In this document: piece after piece, positions 1 to 8,894 of the stretch | How positions within the stretch are numbered: the first letter of the stretch is position 1 | Layout of the letters: every line of letters begins with the position of its first letter | Origin: Litorivicinaceae bacterium | GTDB taxonomy: Bacteria; Pseudomonadota; Gammaproteobacteria; Pseudomonadales; Litorivicinaceae | Length of the DNA: 64,000 nt | Direction of reading: 5' to 3' | NCBI GenBank assembly: GCA_965659195.1 | Contig: CBFHVZ010000006.1 | Span: forward strand, 2,076 to 66,075 | The notes under the pieces: generated by a model | What the model saw: the letters and a program-made list of their open reading frames with translations, nothing else | The model's database searches: none | Told to the model about the DNA's origin: nothing | Translations under genes and position numbers: made by a program

Positions 1-968
1 GGCCACGCACCTAGGTCAACGCCGTTGTGCCACGCTTTCTTTTTAGTAAACGGATCCTTTCGGTTCCCGAAGCGACTGGTCATATTGTAGTAATCAACCG
101 GGGAGGCCAGTGGCGTGCATTCCAAGAGTGCGTTCACACGACTGAGGTCCTCGCTCAAGGCCAACAAACGAGATGCCTGATCCTCAAACTCTTCAAACCC
201 GGCGAATTCCAAACTGCTTTCTTCCAATCCACCCACGCCGTGCCGTGGGTTCCAAGCCACACCCGACAACTCCGGGTCCGCCAAGGGCGTTCGCTCAATC
301 AAGTTGTACTGCGCACTCAAGGCATCCGAGAGGGTCGCGTATAAACTGTCCATTGCCTGAGTTTGTTGCTGGAATGAGGTCGTCAGCTGACCCGCCGTCT
401 CACGGAACCATTCGGGTGTTTCAGTCAGATCGGCAGGAGGGGCTTGGCCTGAGATCTCAGCCACTGAAGTCGACAAGTTGGCCACTAAAGCAGTCAACCC
501 TCTGTTTTCAGCATCCAAACTCCGGATGCGCTGCGTGAGCCGCTGATCAAGCCAGTCTGCCAATAACGAGGGGGACCGCGGCGCCAGATCGCCTAACACG
601 GCCTGTGACGCAGTGCGAATGGACTCGAAGTCTCGAAGGAGCCGTTCATTTTTTTGCAATTCCGCATCGTAGCGGAGCCTGAGCTCGTACACGTGCTTTT
701 GATCGTTCTCGAGGGCCGCTATGAATTCCGCATTTTGCGCGATGGTGGCATCGAGATCGACTTTGACTTGCTCTAACGCCCGGAAACTAAGTGCAAACCC
801 CAAGCTGGCCGTGAGCGACCAAAACAAAATCAGCCCTAACAACGCCATCGCGGCCAGTTGATGCCAGGTCTTTACCACCAGATAGCGGACGTGCCCATCT
901 TCGGTTCTAAGCACCAGAGAGCGCTCTGGGAAACGATGGCGCATTTGGTGGAGCAACGCTGACGGCAT
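1..968 (-). CDS. M23/LytM-family metallopeptidase, N-terminal part only (C-terminus lies beyond the left window edge)
   Basis: The minus-strand frame is open from ATG at 968 to base 1. It is absent from the ORF track because it has no stop inside the window. My translation starts MPSALLHQMRHRFPERSLVLRTEDGHVRYLVVKTWHQLAAMALLGLILFWSLTASLGFAL, which includes a TM helix. A Q/L/E-rich coiled-coil stretch follows. The edge shows the start of the M23 catalytic motif, MTSRFGNRKDPFTKKKAWHNGVDLGAW (HxxxD). Confidence 0.8.
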   Translation of the reverse strand, partial: MPSALLHQMRHRFPERSLVLRTEDGHVRYLVVKTWHQLAAMALLGLILFWSLTASLGFALSFRALEQVKVDLDATIAQNAEFIAALENDQKHVYELRLRYDAELQKNERLLRDFESIRTASQAVLGDLAPRSPSLLADWLDQRLTQRIRSLDAENRGLTALVANLSTSVAEISGQAPPADLTETPEWFRETAGQLTTSFQQQTQAMDSLYATLSDALSAQYNLIERTPLADPELSGVAWNPRHGVGGLEESSLEFAGFEEFEDQASRLLALSEDLSRVNALLECTPLASPVDYYNMTSRFGNRKDPFTKKKAWHNGVDLGAW

Positions 969-1070
969 GTACGTAAAAATTCCGGTTAGCAAAACGAGGA
1001 CTGAGACGGTATTGCGATGTGTTCAGTCGATATCAATCGACTGGCATTGTTGGATAGTTTGGGATCGAGA

Positions 1071-1823
1071 TCAACCTTCCTGAGGCAGATAGTCTGGGTC
1101 TTGTAACTCACTTAACCGCGCTTCGACACCGGGATTGAAACTGAATGTTCTCTCCGAAGCCTTCTCGACTAGCATGCCATGAATCGCCTTGAGCACCGCC
1201 AACCGCCCCGACCGTTTGTCATTGCAATCCACCACATGCCAGCGCGGATGGTCACAAACTTGAATCATGTCTGCGACGGCCTGTTCGTAAGCGTCATGAA
1301 GCGCCAGGGCATCAAGATCGGACTCGGTGAGTTTCCACCGTTTCTCCGGAACGTCCGCTCGTCGGCGAAGGCGTTGACGCTGGGTTGCTTGATCGATGTG
1401 CATAAACACCTTGATCAGGTCGAAGTCCTCCTCGAGCAACTGGGCCTCAAAGTCCAGAATTCGCGCCGCACTCCGTTCAAACATCATCTGTGAGAGGCCA
1501 CCCTCGACCCGCTCCACTAACAAGCGACCATACCAAGACCGGTCAAATACCGCGATTTGCCCCGGCTCCGGCAATTTTTGCCAAAATCGCCACAAGAATG
1601 GTTGGTGTTGCTCAGGCTCCCTCGGCGGGCCAATAGGGAATACCTCAAAGCCACGAGGGTCCCAAGCATAGGATAACTCCCGAATCACACCACCTTTGCC
1701 GGCCGCATCAAACCCTTCGAGCACCACGATCGCACGGCGCTTTTGGCGAAACATGGCAATCTGCGCCACCCGAAGACTGTGGTGTAACGCATCCAGCGTG
1801 GTTTTATAGTCTGCTTCGTCCAT
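1071..1823 (-). CDS. polyphosphate kinase 2 (PPK2) family protein
   Basis: Carries the PPK2 P-loop VVLEGFDAAGKGG and the FDRSWYG motif, and has single-domain PPK2 size (~250 aa). The track start at 1829 is TTG. ATG at 1823 lies about 9 nt after GAGAGG and is the more likely start. Confidence 0.8.
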   Translation of the reverse strand: MDEADYKTTLDALHHSLRVAQIAMFRQKRRAIVVLEGFDAAGKGGVIRELSYAWDPRGFEVFPIGPPREPEQHQPFLWRFWQKLPEPGQIAVFDRSWYGRLLVERVEGGLSQMMFERSAARILDFEAQLLEEDFDLIKVFMHIDQATQRQRLRRRADVPEKRWKLTESDLDALALHDAYEQAVADMIQVCDHPRWHVVDCNDKRSGRLAVLKAIHGMLVEKASERTFSFNPGVEARLSELQDPDYLPQEG

Positions 1824-1843
1824 TGCCAACTGCCTCTCACTGC

Positions 1844-2893
1844 TCAGCGTGCGGGGAAGACCACCAAGTGTTCGACATCTAACTTCACACCAATCCGCTC
1901 ACCGATTGCATGATTGTGGTGTGAGGGCGCAAAACATCCGAGCACCACGCCATTGTCTAAGCGTACTTCATAGAGATGGTGCGCACCGCGAAAATGCTTG
2001 CCCACCAAAGTTGCTTGGTAGGTCGAATCGTCATCGTGGATCAAATCATCCGGTCGCAAAAACAGATTCACCGGTGTCCCAGGGGCGAACGCCAAGTCTT
2101 GATCATTGCTGAGCACGCCGAGCGGACTCGACACCGAACGCGGACCCTCAACGACCGCATCGACCATTTCGCCCGGGCCTACAAAGTGCGCCACAAAGGG
2201 TGAATGGGGCTCATGATAGAGCTGATACGGTGTATCAAATTGACAAATGTGACCCTCGTGAATGACCGCGATGCGATCGGCAAAATCAAAGGCCTCACGC
2301 TGATCGTGGGTGACCAGCAATGAACAGATCCCATCGCTTTTTAAGATCGTCCGCACCTCGCTCGCCAATCGTCCGCGCAACTCGGTATCTAAACCTGAAA
2401 AGGGTTCATCCAACAGCAAAAGCTTGGGTTTCGGCGCCATGGCCCTGGCCAGGGCAATTCGTTGCTGTTGCCCACCTGACAGTTCATGAGGATAGCGAGA
2501 CTCCATGCCACTGAGGCCGATCAGATGAAGCAACTCATCTACCCGAGTCTGGCGTGTCTCGAGCGGCCACTCGCCCAACCCAAAGGCGATGTTTTCAGCC
2601 ACACTTAAATGGGGAAACAACGCGATGTCCTGAAACACCATGCCCACGCCTCGGCTTTCCGGGGGTGTGGCGTGACTGGACGAGGCCAGCAAGTGGTCGT
2701 CGAGCCAAATCTCCCCGCTATTGAGCGGTTGGAAACCGGCAATGGCACGCAGTAAAGTCGATTTGCCGCACCCACTGGGTCCAAGCAAACAACCCAGTTC
2801 TTGGGGTTTTAACGCCAACGAGAGATTTTGAATCACCGGCACCTGCTCATAAGTGAGCGACACATCGCGGATGATTAGGGACTCTGTGTCCAT
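1844..2893 (-). CDS. ABC transporter ATP-binding protein, Fe(3+)/FbpC-HitC type
   Basis: Walker A GPSGCGKST, ABC signature LSGGQQQR and Walker B LLLLDEP. A C-terminal regulatory/TOBE-like extension is present. The gene starts 2 nt after the permease stop. Confidence 0.85.
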   Translation of the reverse strand: MDTESLIIRDVSLTYEQVPVIQNLSLALKPQELGCLLGPSGCGKSTLLRAIAGFQPLNSGEIWLDDHLLASSSHATPPESRGVGMVFQDIALFPHLSVAENIAFGLGEWPLETRQTRVDELLHLIGLSGMESRYPHELSGGQQQRIALARAMAPKPKLLLLDEPFSGLDTELRGRLASEVRTILKSDGICSLLVTHDQREAFDFADRIAVIHEGHICQFDTPYQLYHEPHSPFVAHFVGPGEMVDAVVEGPRSVSSPLGVLSNDQDLAFAPGTPVNLFLRPDDLIHDDDSTYQATLVGKHFRGAHHLYEVRLDNGVVLGCFAPSHHNHAIGERIGVKLDVEHLVVFPAR

Positions 2894-2895
2894 CT

Positions 2896-4545
2896 CTATT
2901 CCTTACTTACGGATCGGTTAAGCCAAATCACAGGCAACAAGCCCACCAAGACAATGAGGAGAGAGGGAGCGGCCGCATCGATCAGTCGCTCTTCGCCTGC
3001 GAGTTCGTAGGTTTTAATGGCCAAGGTGTCAAAGTTAAACGGTCTGAGCATCAAGGTCGCCGGCAACTCTTTGAGGATGTCGACAAAACACACCAAGACC
3101 GCAGTGAGCACTGAGCCCCGCATCAAAGGCACATGAATCTCGCGCAACACACCGGTTTGCGACAAACCAAGGAGTCGCCCACTTTGATCTAAACTCGGCC
3201 TAATCCGAGACAATCCACTGAAAATGCTGCCGTTGGCCACCGCTAAAAAACGCACCAAATAGGCAAACACCAAGGCAAACACGCTGCCTGACAACCAAAG
3301 CGTTGGGGGTACACCGAGGAAGGCCAATTGGGCTGACAACCAATGATCAAAGGAGGCAAAGGGGATCAGTACCCCGATGGCGATCACCACGCCTGGTAAA
3401 GCATAGCCAAGGCCCACCAACACCGTGAGATAGGACAGCCATCGGGAGGGGTGAAGACGGTTGGCGTAGGCAACCATCAAGGCCACCATGACAATGACTA
3501 AGGACGACCCGCCAGCCAAGGCAAAACTATTCAAGGTCAATTGCCAAAGAGACTGCAACTCGGCATAAAAAGCGGTCCAAGTGACTAGCAGGGCGGTCGG
3601 GATCAGAAAACCAAACAGCACCGGCAAGAGGCACAGAGTCTGAAGCAACAGCGCCCGCGCACCAGTCACATGCTGACTGGCCTGATTCAGTCGACGCAAT
3701 CGATCCGAGTAATAGCGAATGCGGTGACGAGACAGTCGCTCCATCACCACCAAGATCGCCACAAAGCCCAACAACAAGGAGCTGAGTTGTGCCGCACCGG
3801 TCGTATCACCAAATCCGTAGTAGGTTCTCACAATGCCGGTGGTGAAGGTTTGCACACCAAAAAATTGAACCGTCCCAAAGTCCGCCAAGGTTTCCATCAA
3901 GGCCAACAAGGTGCCAGCAGCAATGGCCGGGCGCGCCATCGGAATGACGACGCGCCGAAACACCGCCCACCGAGATTGACCGAGGGTGTACGCAGCCTCC
4001 ATCAGGTTGGCCGACTGATCTAGAAAGGCCGCACGGGCCATGAGATACACATAGGGATAGAGCACCAACGACAACATCAATGCAGCGCCAGGCAGGGATT
4101 TCAAATTTAAAATAGGATCCATCAACCATTGCGGCGAATCGATCGATCTCATCCAAGTGAGAACCGGGCCCGCATAATCGAGTACCCCGGTGTAGGTATA
4201 GGCCAAGATATACGCTGGATAGGCAAGCGGTAACAGCAATAGCCAAGACAACACATCACGCCCTGGAAACCGATAGAACGAGATCATCCAAGCCGCGGGG
4301 ACGCCGATGGCAATGACGCCAAAGGCCACCAAAATGGATAACAGGATGGAGTTCCAAGCATAGCGCGCAAGCAGCGTCTCAACCAGATGTGACCACGCTT
4401 CCGACTCGCCAACAAATAGAAAACCCAAGACGACACAAATCGGCAAGGCCACACAGAGTGCGGCCAAGACGGTGGTCATTAAAAAGCCGTTTGGGCGATA
4501 CCGTCCCAAACGGCTGCTGTAGGGCGTACTGTCTGTTATTGCCAA
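2896..4545 (-). CDS. iron(III) ABC transporter permease (duplicated two-module FbpB/HitB type)
   Basis: 549 aa and very hydrophobic. It has two EAA-type permease loops, MEAAYTLGQSRWAVFRRVVIP and DQSGRLLGLSQTGVLREIHVP. The track start is TTG and overlaps the upstream stop by 10 nt. An alternative ATG lies at 4479. Confidence 0.8.
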   Translation of the reverse strand: MAITDSTPYSSRLGRYRPNGFLMTTVLAALCVALPICVVLGFLFVGESEAWSHLVETLLARYAWNSILLSILVAFGVIAIGVPAAWMISFYRFPGRDVLSWLLLLPLAYPAYILAYTYTGVLDYAGPVLTWMRSIDSPQWLMDPILNLKSLPGAALMLSLVLYPYVYLMARAAFLDQSANLMEAAYTLGQSRWAVFRRVVIPMARPAIAAGTLLALMETLADFGTVQFFGVQTFTTGIVRTYYGFGDTTGAAQLSSLLLGFVAILVVMERLSRHRIRYYSDRLRRLNQASQHVTGARALLLQTLCLLPVLFGFLIPTALLVTWTAFYAELQSLWQLTLNSFALAGGSSLVIVMVALMVAYANRLHPSRWLSYLTVLVGLGYALPGVVIAIGVLIPFASFDHWLSAQLAFLGVPPTLWLSGSVFALVFAYLVRFLAVANGSIFSGLSRIRPSLDQSGRLLGLSQTGVLREIHVPLMRGSVLTAVLVCFVDILKELPATLMLRPFNFDTLAIKTYELAGEERLIDAAAPSLLIVLVGLLPVIWLNRSVSKE

Positions 4546-5549
4546 CCTGCTCGGTCCATGACTTTGACTGCCGCTGAATTATTGGTGCCTAACACACCCA
4601 AGTTCAATTCATCGGCTTTAAATGTGCCCAGTGACTTGATGGTGTCTGACAAAGTAGCAGACTCTACCACGGGATACTCATGGTTAATTTCAGCGTAGTA
4701 CGCCTGAGCCTCATCAGAGACCATAAATTCCAGCAACTGGATGGCTTGCTCCGGATTCTTGGCATGCTTCACGAAACCTGCTCCAGAAATATTAACGTGG
4801 GTACCACGGTCGTTCTGGTTAGGCCAGAAGACAGCCAAGGCGTCCACGACGGCCCGGTCTTCAGGCTTGGCTGAGTCGATCAATCGGCCAAAATAGTAAG
4901 TATTCGAAACCGCTAGATCGCACTGGCCGGCTGCGACCGCACGCAACTGATCGGTGTCTCCACCGGTTGGTTTTCTTGCAAAATTGGCGACCATGCCTTC
5001 GGCCCAGGCTTCTGTCGCTGCTTCACCGTTGGCCTCGATCATTGAGGCGGCCAGCGACTGGTTATAAATATTGCTCGATGAGCGAATGCAAATACGGCCT
5101 TTCCACTCGCTGTCCGTGAGTGCCTCATAGGTCGACAACTTGGACGGGTCCACTCGATCCTTTGCATAGAAGATGGGACGTGCACGTACGGTCAGACCAA
5201 CCCATTGCTTGTCTGGATCGACCAAACGCTCGGGGATGCGTTGATCAAGCAAGTTGCTCTCAATCGACTGCAAAACGCCGGCTTCTTTCGCGCGGTGTAG
5301 ATTGCCCGCATCCACCGTAATCAACAGGTCGGCAGGCGTTGCCGCACCTTCTGCTTTAATACGAGTTAACAGCTCTTCTGCTTTCCCGGTAATCAAATTC
5401 ACTTTGACACCGGTTTGCTCCTCAAATTGCTCCAGAAGTGGCGCAATCAGCTTGTCCTGACGCGCTGAGTATACATTGACCTCGGCTGCCTGAAGGGGCA
5501 GGGCCAGTAGACCGGCTAAGCCGGCTGCAACAACGGGCGTAAAACGCAT
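4536..5549 (-). CDS. Fe(3+) ABC transporter periplasmic substrate-binding protein (FbpA/HitA-like)
   Basis: Signal peptide MRFTPVVAAGLAGLLALPLQA/AEV, followed by a solute-binding fold typical of ferric binding proteins (VNVYSARQ..., ITVDAGN). ATG at 5549 is preceded by AAGGAG with a 7-nt spacer. The track start at 5570 is TTG. Confidence 0.75.
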   Translation of the reverse strand: MRFTPVVAAGLAGLLALPLQAAEVNVYSARQDKLIAPLLEQFEEQTGVKVNLITGKAEELLTRIKAEGAATPADLLITVDAGNLHRAKEAGVLQSIESNLLDQRIPERLVDPDKQWVGLTVRARPIFYAKDRVDPSKLSTYEALTDSEWKGRICIRSSSNIYNQSLAASMIEANGEAATEAWAEGMVANFARKPTGGDTDQLRAVAAGQCDLAVSNTYYFGRLIDSAKPEDRAVVDALAVFWPNQNDRGTHVNISGAGFVKHAKNPEQAIQLLEFMVSDEAQAYYAEINHEYPVVESATLSDTIKSLGTFKADELNLGVLGTNNSAAVKVMDRAGWQ

Positions 5550-5588
5550 GTGGGGTCTCCTTCTAATCAACTGAGGCGCATAGTATCA

Positions 5589-5619
5589 AATGCAAAACCT
5601 AATGCAACCCATTTGCATT
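5589..5619. promoter_or_regulatory. candidate operator: three AATGCAA units, including a 7-5-7 inverted repeat, overlapping the putative promoter of the iron ABC operon
   Basis: AATGCAA occurs at 5589-5595 and 5601-5607, and the inverted TTGCATT at 5613-5619 (AATGCAA-CCCAT-TTGCATT). On the minus strand this overlaps a TTGCAT(-35)-16 nt-TACTAT(-10) arrangement upstream of the substrate-binding protein gene. Confidence 0.3.
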
Positions 5620-5710
5620 TAAATTTAAAATAAATTGATCAGAACGCAATGTAAGACGAAACCTAGCGAGCGTAGGCTATTTGAAACACAACAAATTGAC
5701 GGGTATCAGC

Positions 5711-6844
5711 TCACCGCGAATTGCTTGAGAGCAGACGCCCCTCTAACCACACGGCTTGAGTCCGGTGGCCATCCCACACCCACAAATCGGCATAATTCCC
5801 GAGCGCGAGAGCGCCCCGCTCTGTCAGACCGAGCCACTCAGCGGGGCGTTGCGCCATGATCGCTGCAATTTCAGGCACGTCCAGCCCGAACTGCCGCAAG
5901 GTTTGAAGCCCTGTAACCGCAGTGGCAGCACTGCCAGCCAAGGTGCCATCCGCCAACCGTACCGCATCCCCTGCTTTACACACGGAGTGGGCGCCCAAGG
6001 AATAGGAACCGTCTGGCATCCCCGAGGCGGCGGTTGCATCCGTCACCGCATAGAGCTTCGGTATCTGCCGACGAGCCAGCTCAAACGCCGGGGCTTCGAC
6101 ATGCACCCCGTCACAAATGATTTCGCAATACTCTGCATGATTCAGCGCCGCCAGAGCCACGCCGGGGGCTCGATGCGATACCCCACTCATGGCGTTGTAG
6201 AGATGGGTCACGCCATGACCCGACTGCAATCGCATCAGGGCGTCGTGGTAGGCACAGGCGGTATGGCCTAGCTGGAGTTTCACACCAAACTCATTGGCCA
6301 AATCAGGCAACACACCGTCAGGATCCATCTCAGGCGCATAGGTAATTACCCGAATCACGTCGAGCTCAAGCCAGTCTCTTAGTTCGCGACGGTCCACAGG
6401 CCGGGTCATCGGTGGTTGTGCACCCAATTTCCCAGGACTCAGATACGGCCCTTCTAAATGCACCCCGTGACACCGAGCCTCATTCGGCCCCGGGTTGTCC
6501 ATGACCACTCTCGCCGCATGCAGGGCGTGAGTAATCGAAGCTTGATCGGCTGTGACTGTGGTGGCTAAGAAACCGGTCATCCCAAATTGCGCGTGCGTTC
6601 GAGCAAGCGCCCGGATGCCGGCCTCCCCTTCCATCACGTCGCCTCCACCGCCTCCGTGGTTGTGCCAATCGAGGGTGCCGGGCAGGATCCACTGACGCGG
6701 CGCATCAGACAGGGGCTCTATGCTCACAATGCGCTGGTCAAACACCACACGGCCCGGAAAAACGGCATCGGGTGTGACAATTTGGCCGAGGACTTCAGTT
6801 GACAGAACACCACCTCTCGATCGTCTGCACAGGGCTTTGAGCAT
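5711..6844 (-). CDS. nagA: N-acetylglucosamine-6-phosphate deacetylase (NagA family amidohydrolase)
   Basis: Metal-binding motif LDWHNHGGGG near the N-terminus and ~377 aa NagA-like length and layout. ATG 6844 overlaps the upstream gene by 50 nt. I found no better in-frame ATG/GTG/TTG downstream. Confidence 0.75.
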   Translation of the reverse strand: MLKALCRRSRGGVLSTEVLGQIVTPDAVFPGRVVFDQRIVSIEPLSDAPRQWILPGTLDWHNHGGGGGDVMEGEAGIRALARTHAQFGMTGFLATTVTADQASITHALHAARVVMDNPGPNEARCHGVHLEGPYLSPGKLGAQPPMTRPVDRRELRDWLELDVIRVITYAPEMDPDGVLPDLANEFGVKLQLGHTACAYHDALMRLQSGHGVTHLYNAMSGVSHRAPGVALAALNHAEYCEIICDGVHVEAPAFELARRQIPKLYAVTDATAASGMPDGSYSLGAHSVCKAGDAVRLADGTLAGSAATAVTGLQTLRQFGLDVPEIAAIMAQRPAEWLGLTERGALALGNYADLWVWDGHRTQAVWLEGRLLSSNSR

Positions 6845-7652
6845 CTAACCACAGACCGTCGAGCGCGTCGCCTTTTGCCTGCACGGTCGATACCCCAAGC
6901 GCCTGAAATCGCTCTCGATACAAAGGCGCCAATCCACCCACCAAGGCGAGCGGCAATTCAGTCGGCACCTCGGCGAGGAGCGTCATCAGTTCACTCAGGG
7001 CTTCGGTGACCACCGTTCGCCCCAAGTGCAATCCCTCTTGCTCCAATTCAAAGACTAGCGGCGCGTATTTTGCAAACACATCCGGAGTCGCTTGTTGGCC
7101 AAATGCCACCACCTCCGCCAAAGTTGCCCCCACACCAAACCGCGCCAGCACCGCCGTATCCACGCCTGAGTCTTCCAGCCCATCCAACTGGCGAGCAATC
7201 CGCTGAAACGCACGACGACCGAGCCACGCGCCACCGCCCTCATCGCCCAACACAAACCCGAGTCCAGCCCGCTTTGCTATCGACCCATCGAGACCCATCC
7301 AGGCCAAGGCCACCCCAGTACCTACGGTTAAACAGGCCCCTGGTTTGCCCTGATGAGCGCCTAACAGTCCAGAATCGCGATCTGAAATCAGTGTCAGAGG
7401 GTATCGTGAGGTCGCAAGGAAACGGTCGCGATGCAGGGCGCTCTCAACGCCTGCCAAACCGCAATACAAAGCCTCAGGGGTTTGATCTAGAGAGCCCAAT
7501 GCATCGTGGATCGAGGACCACACTTGGTCTGCACCCCGCGTGAGATTGCCAGGACCGGCCGTGGCCTCTCCCAAGATGTCTCCGTGTGCAGCATCGATTA
7601 AACGAACACGGGTTTTAGAACCGCCGCCATCGACCAATGCCCAAACGGTCAT
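6795..7652 (-). CDS. BadF/BadG/BcrA/BcrD-type ATPase, N-acetylglucosamine kinase-like
   Basis: N-terminal phosphate-1 motif WALVDGGGSKTRVRL and later GTG/GGG glycine motifs typical of the eukaryotic-type GlcNAc kinase family. ATGA overlap with the upstream decarboxylase stop. Confidence 0.65.
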   Translation of the reverse strand: MTVWALVDGGGSKTRVRLIDAAHGDILGEATAGPGNLTRGADQVWSSIHDALGSLDQTPEALYCGLAGVESALHRDRFLATSRYPLTLISDRDSGLLGAHQGKPGACLTVGTGVALAWMGLDGSIAKRAGLGFVLGDEGGGAWLGRRAFQRIARQLDGLEDSGVDTAVLARFGVGATLAEVVAFGQQATPDVFAKYAPLVFELEQEGLHLGRTVVTEALSELMTLLAEVPTELPLALVGGLAPLYRERFQALGVSTVQAKGDALDGLWLDAQSPVQTIERWCSVN

Positions 7653-8827
7653 GCGCGATGACTACTCACCCAAGAGGACGGCAGTGAACGCACCACTACC
7701 TGCGGGGGTGCGATGCCGTTAAATTGTGTGGCACTGGCGAGGGTATAAGCACCCATGTCATGCATGACCACCACGTCATTCATATTCAGCACCGGAAACG
7801 TCGGGAAGCGCCCCAATTCGTCAATCGAGTCGCAGGTTGGACCGGCAAACACACAAGGGGCTTGCTCTGTCGCAGAGGTGAAGACGGTCATACGATACTG
7901 CATGCCATCAAACAACCGTCCAGACTGTGCACCGTACACCCCATCGTCTAGGTAGAACCACCACGAATCACCGCGACGGGCCCGGCCCACCACTTTACAA
8001 ACCAGCGCCATACTTGGCGCCGAAATGACCCGACCCGGCTCAGCCATAACCTGAATCTCCGAAGGCACATCCGCGAGCACCTCACGAATTGGGGCACAAA
8101 AGGACCACAGATCAACCGGCTCATTAAGATACTGCGCTGGAAATCCGCCGCCGATATCAATCCGGGTTATAGGTGGCAATTCATCCGCTATGATGGCATC
8201 ACACAACTCAAGACACGTCCGAAGCGCATCGGCATGCGTGACCGCAGATCCGGCTTGCGATCCCACATGGAAACACAGCCCATCCACCCGGACACCGGAA
8301 TCATTAGCCACATCCAAGATACTCAATGCATCTTTGGGGGCCGCGCCAAACTTCTTACTCAAATCAATGGGGGCATCTGGCGCGATAAACGCCAAGCGGA
8401 GCATGACCCGAATGCTGTGTCGATAGGGAATCAACTTCCAAAGCTCATCGACGTTATCGACCACAAAGGTAGTGACGCCACTGGCCACGGCTTTCTCAAT
8501 CTCTGCTTCGGTCTTGATTGGGTGCGTATGAATCATGCGCTGCGATGAAATGCCGACCGTTTCCAAGGCGCGAATCTCAGCGGCACTGGCCACATCAAAC
8601 CCGGCGCCCTGTTCCGCCAGGGTAAAGAGCAAGGCCGGATGAGGGTTGGACTTCACGGCATAAAAAAGATCCACACCCGGCAGAGCAGCCGACAGTGCAG
8701 CCCATTGATTCACACAGACCGCTGGATCAAATACCAAGGCAGGCGTCGTTTCAGCCAGCTGCAACCATTCGGTCGCGGCTTCGCGGGGCTCTAAATGGAT
8801 CAATCCCAGGTCCTCTGTGCCATGCAA
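7649..8827 (-). CDS. type III (alanine-racemase fold) PLP-dependent decarboxylase, ornithine/lysine decarboxylase-like
   Basis: PLP-lysine motif FYAVKSNPHP, plus DIGGGFP, EPGR and GPTCDSID motifs of the Orn/DAP/Arg decarboxylase family 2. The track start at 8827 is TTG with no SD. TTG at 8803 is preceded by GAGGA at 7 nt and may be the real start. Confidence 0.8.
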   Translation of the reverse strand: MHGTEDLGLIHLEPREAATEWLQLAETTPALVFDPAVCVNQWAALSAALPGVDLFYAVKSNPHPALLFTLAEQGAGFDVASAAEIRALETVGISSQRMIHTHPIKTEAEIEKAVASGVTTFVVDNVDELWKLIPYRHSIRVMLRLAFIAPDAPIDLSKKFGAAPKDALSILDVANDSGVRVDGLCFHVGSQAGSAVTHADALRTCLELCDAIIADELPPITRIDIGGGFPAQYLNEPVDLWSFCAPIREVLADVPSEIQVMAEPGRVISAPSMALVCKVVGRARRGDSWWFYLDDGVYGAQSGRLFDGMQYRMTVFTSATEQAPCVFAGPTCDSIDELGRFPTFPVLNMNDVVVMHDMGAYTLASATQFNGIAPPQVVVRSLPSSWVSSHRA

Positions 8828-8836
8828 AGACGCGCG

Positions 8837-8864
8837 ATGTTAGAGAAATTATTCGATTTTTCAA
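8837..8864 (-). promoter_or_regulatory. candidate sigma-70 promoter for the decarboxylase-nagK-nagA genes
   Basis: The minus strand reads TTGAAA (8864-8859), 16 nt, TAACAT (8842-8837), in the 67-nt gap after parE. The implied transcription start is near 8830. Confidence 0.3.
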
Positions 8865-8894
8865 GTGGTTCTCAGCAGAACCAGTCGATCCCTT

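Noticed and set aside
27-538. Plus-strand track ORFs 27..344 and 173..538 at the left edge
   Set aside because: They lie antisense to a much longer open minus-strand frame (1..968). That frame shows a TM helix, a coiled coil and the start of an M23 peptidase motif. The plus-strand products are Pro/Arg/Ser-rich with no recognisable motif or RBS.
1024-1043. Perfect 8-bp inverted repeat CAGTCGAT-atca-ATCGACTG between the PPK2 stop and the M23 peptidase start
   Set aside because: No U-tract follows on either strand, so it is not a convincing intrinsic terminator. It is a single copy with no second site or recognisable operator consensus. I noted it only as a possible weak RNA hairpin.
5581-5640. 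Expected Fur box upstream of the ferric ABC transporter operon
   Set aside because: I could not align GATAATGATAATCATTATC or its hexamer array to this AT-rich gap with acceptable mismatches. The repeat present is AATGCAA-based and is reported separately as an unknown operator candidate.
8867-8882. Hairpin GGTTCT-cagc-AGAACC after parE as a terminator
   Set aside because: It is a 6-bp stem without a downstream U-run on the transcribed strand. At most it is a weak pause or processing structure.
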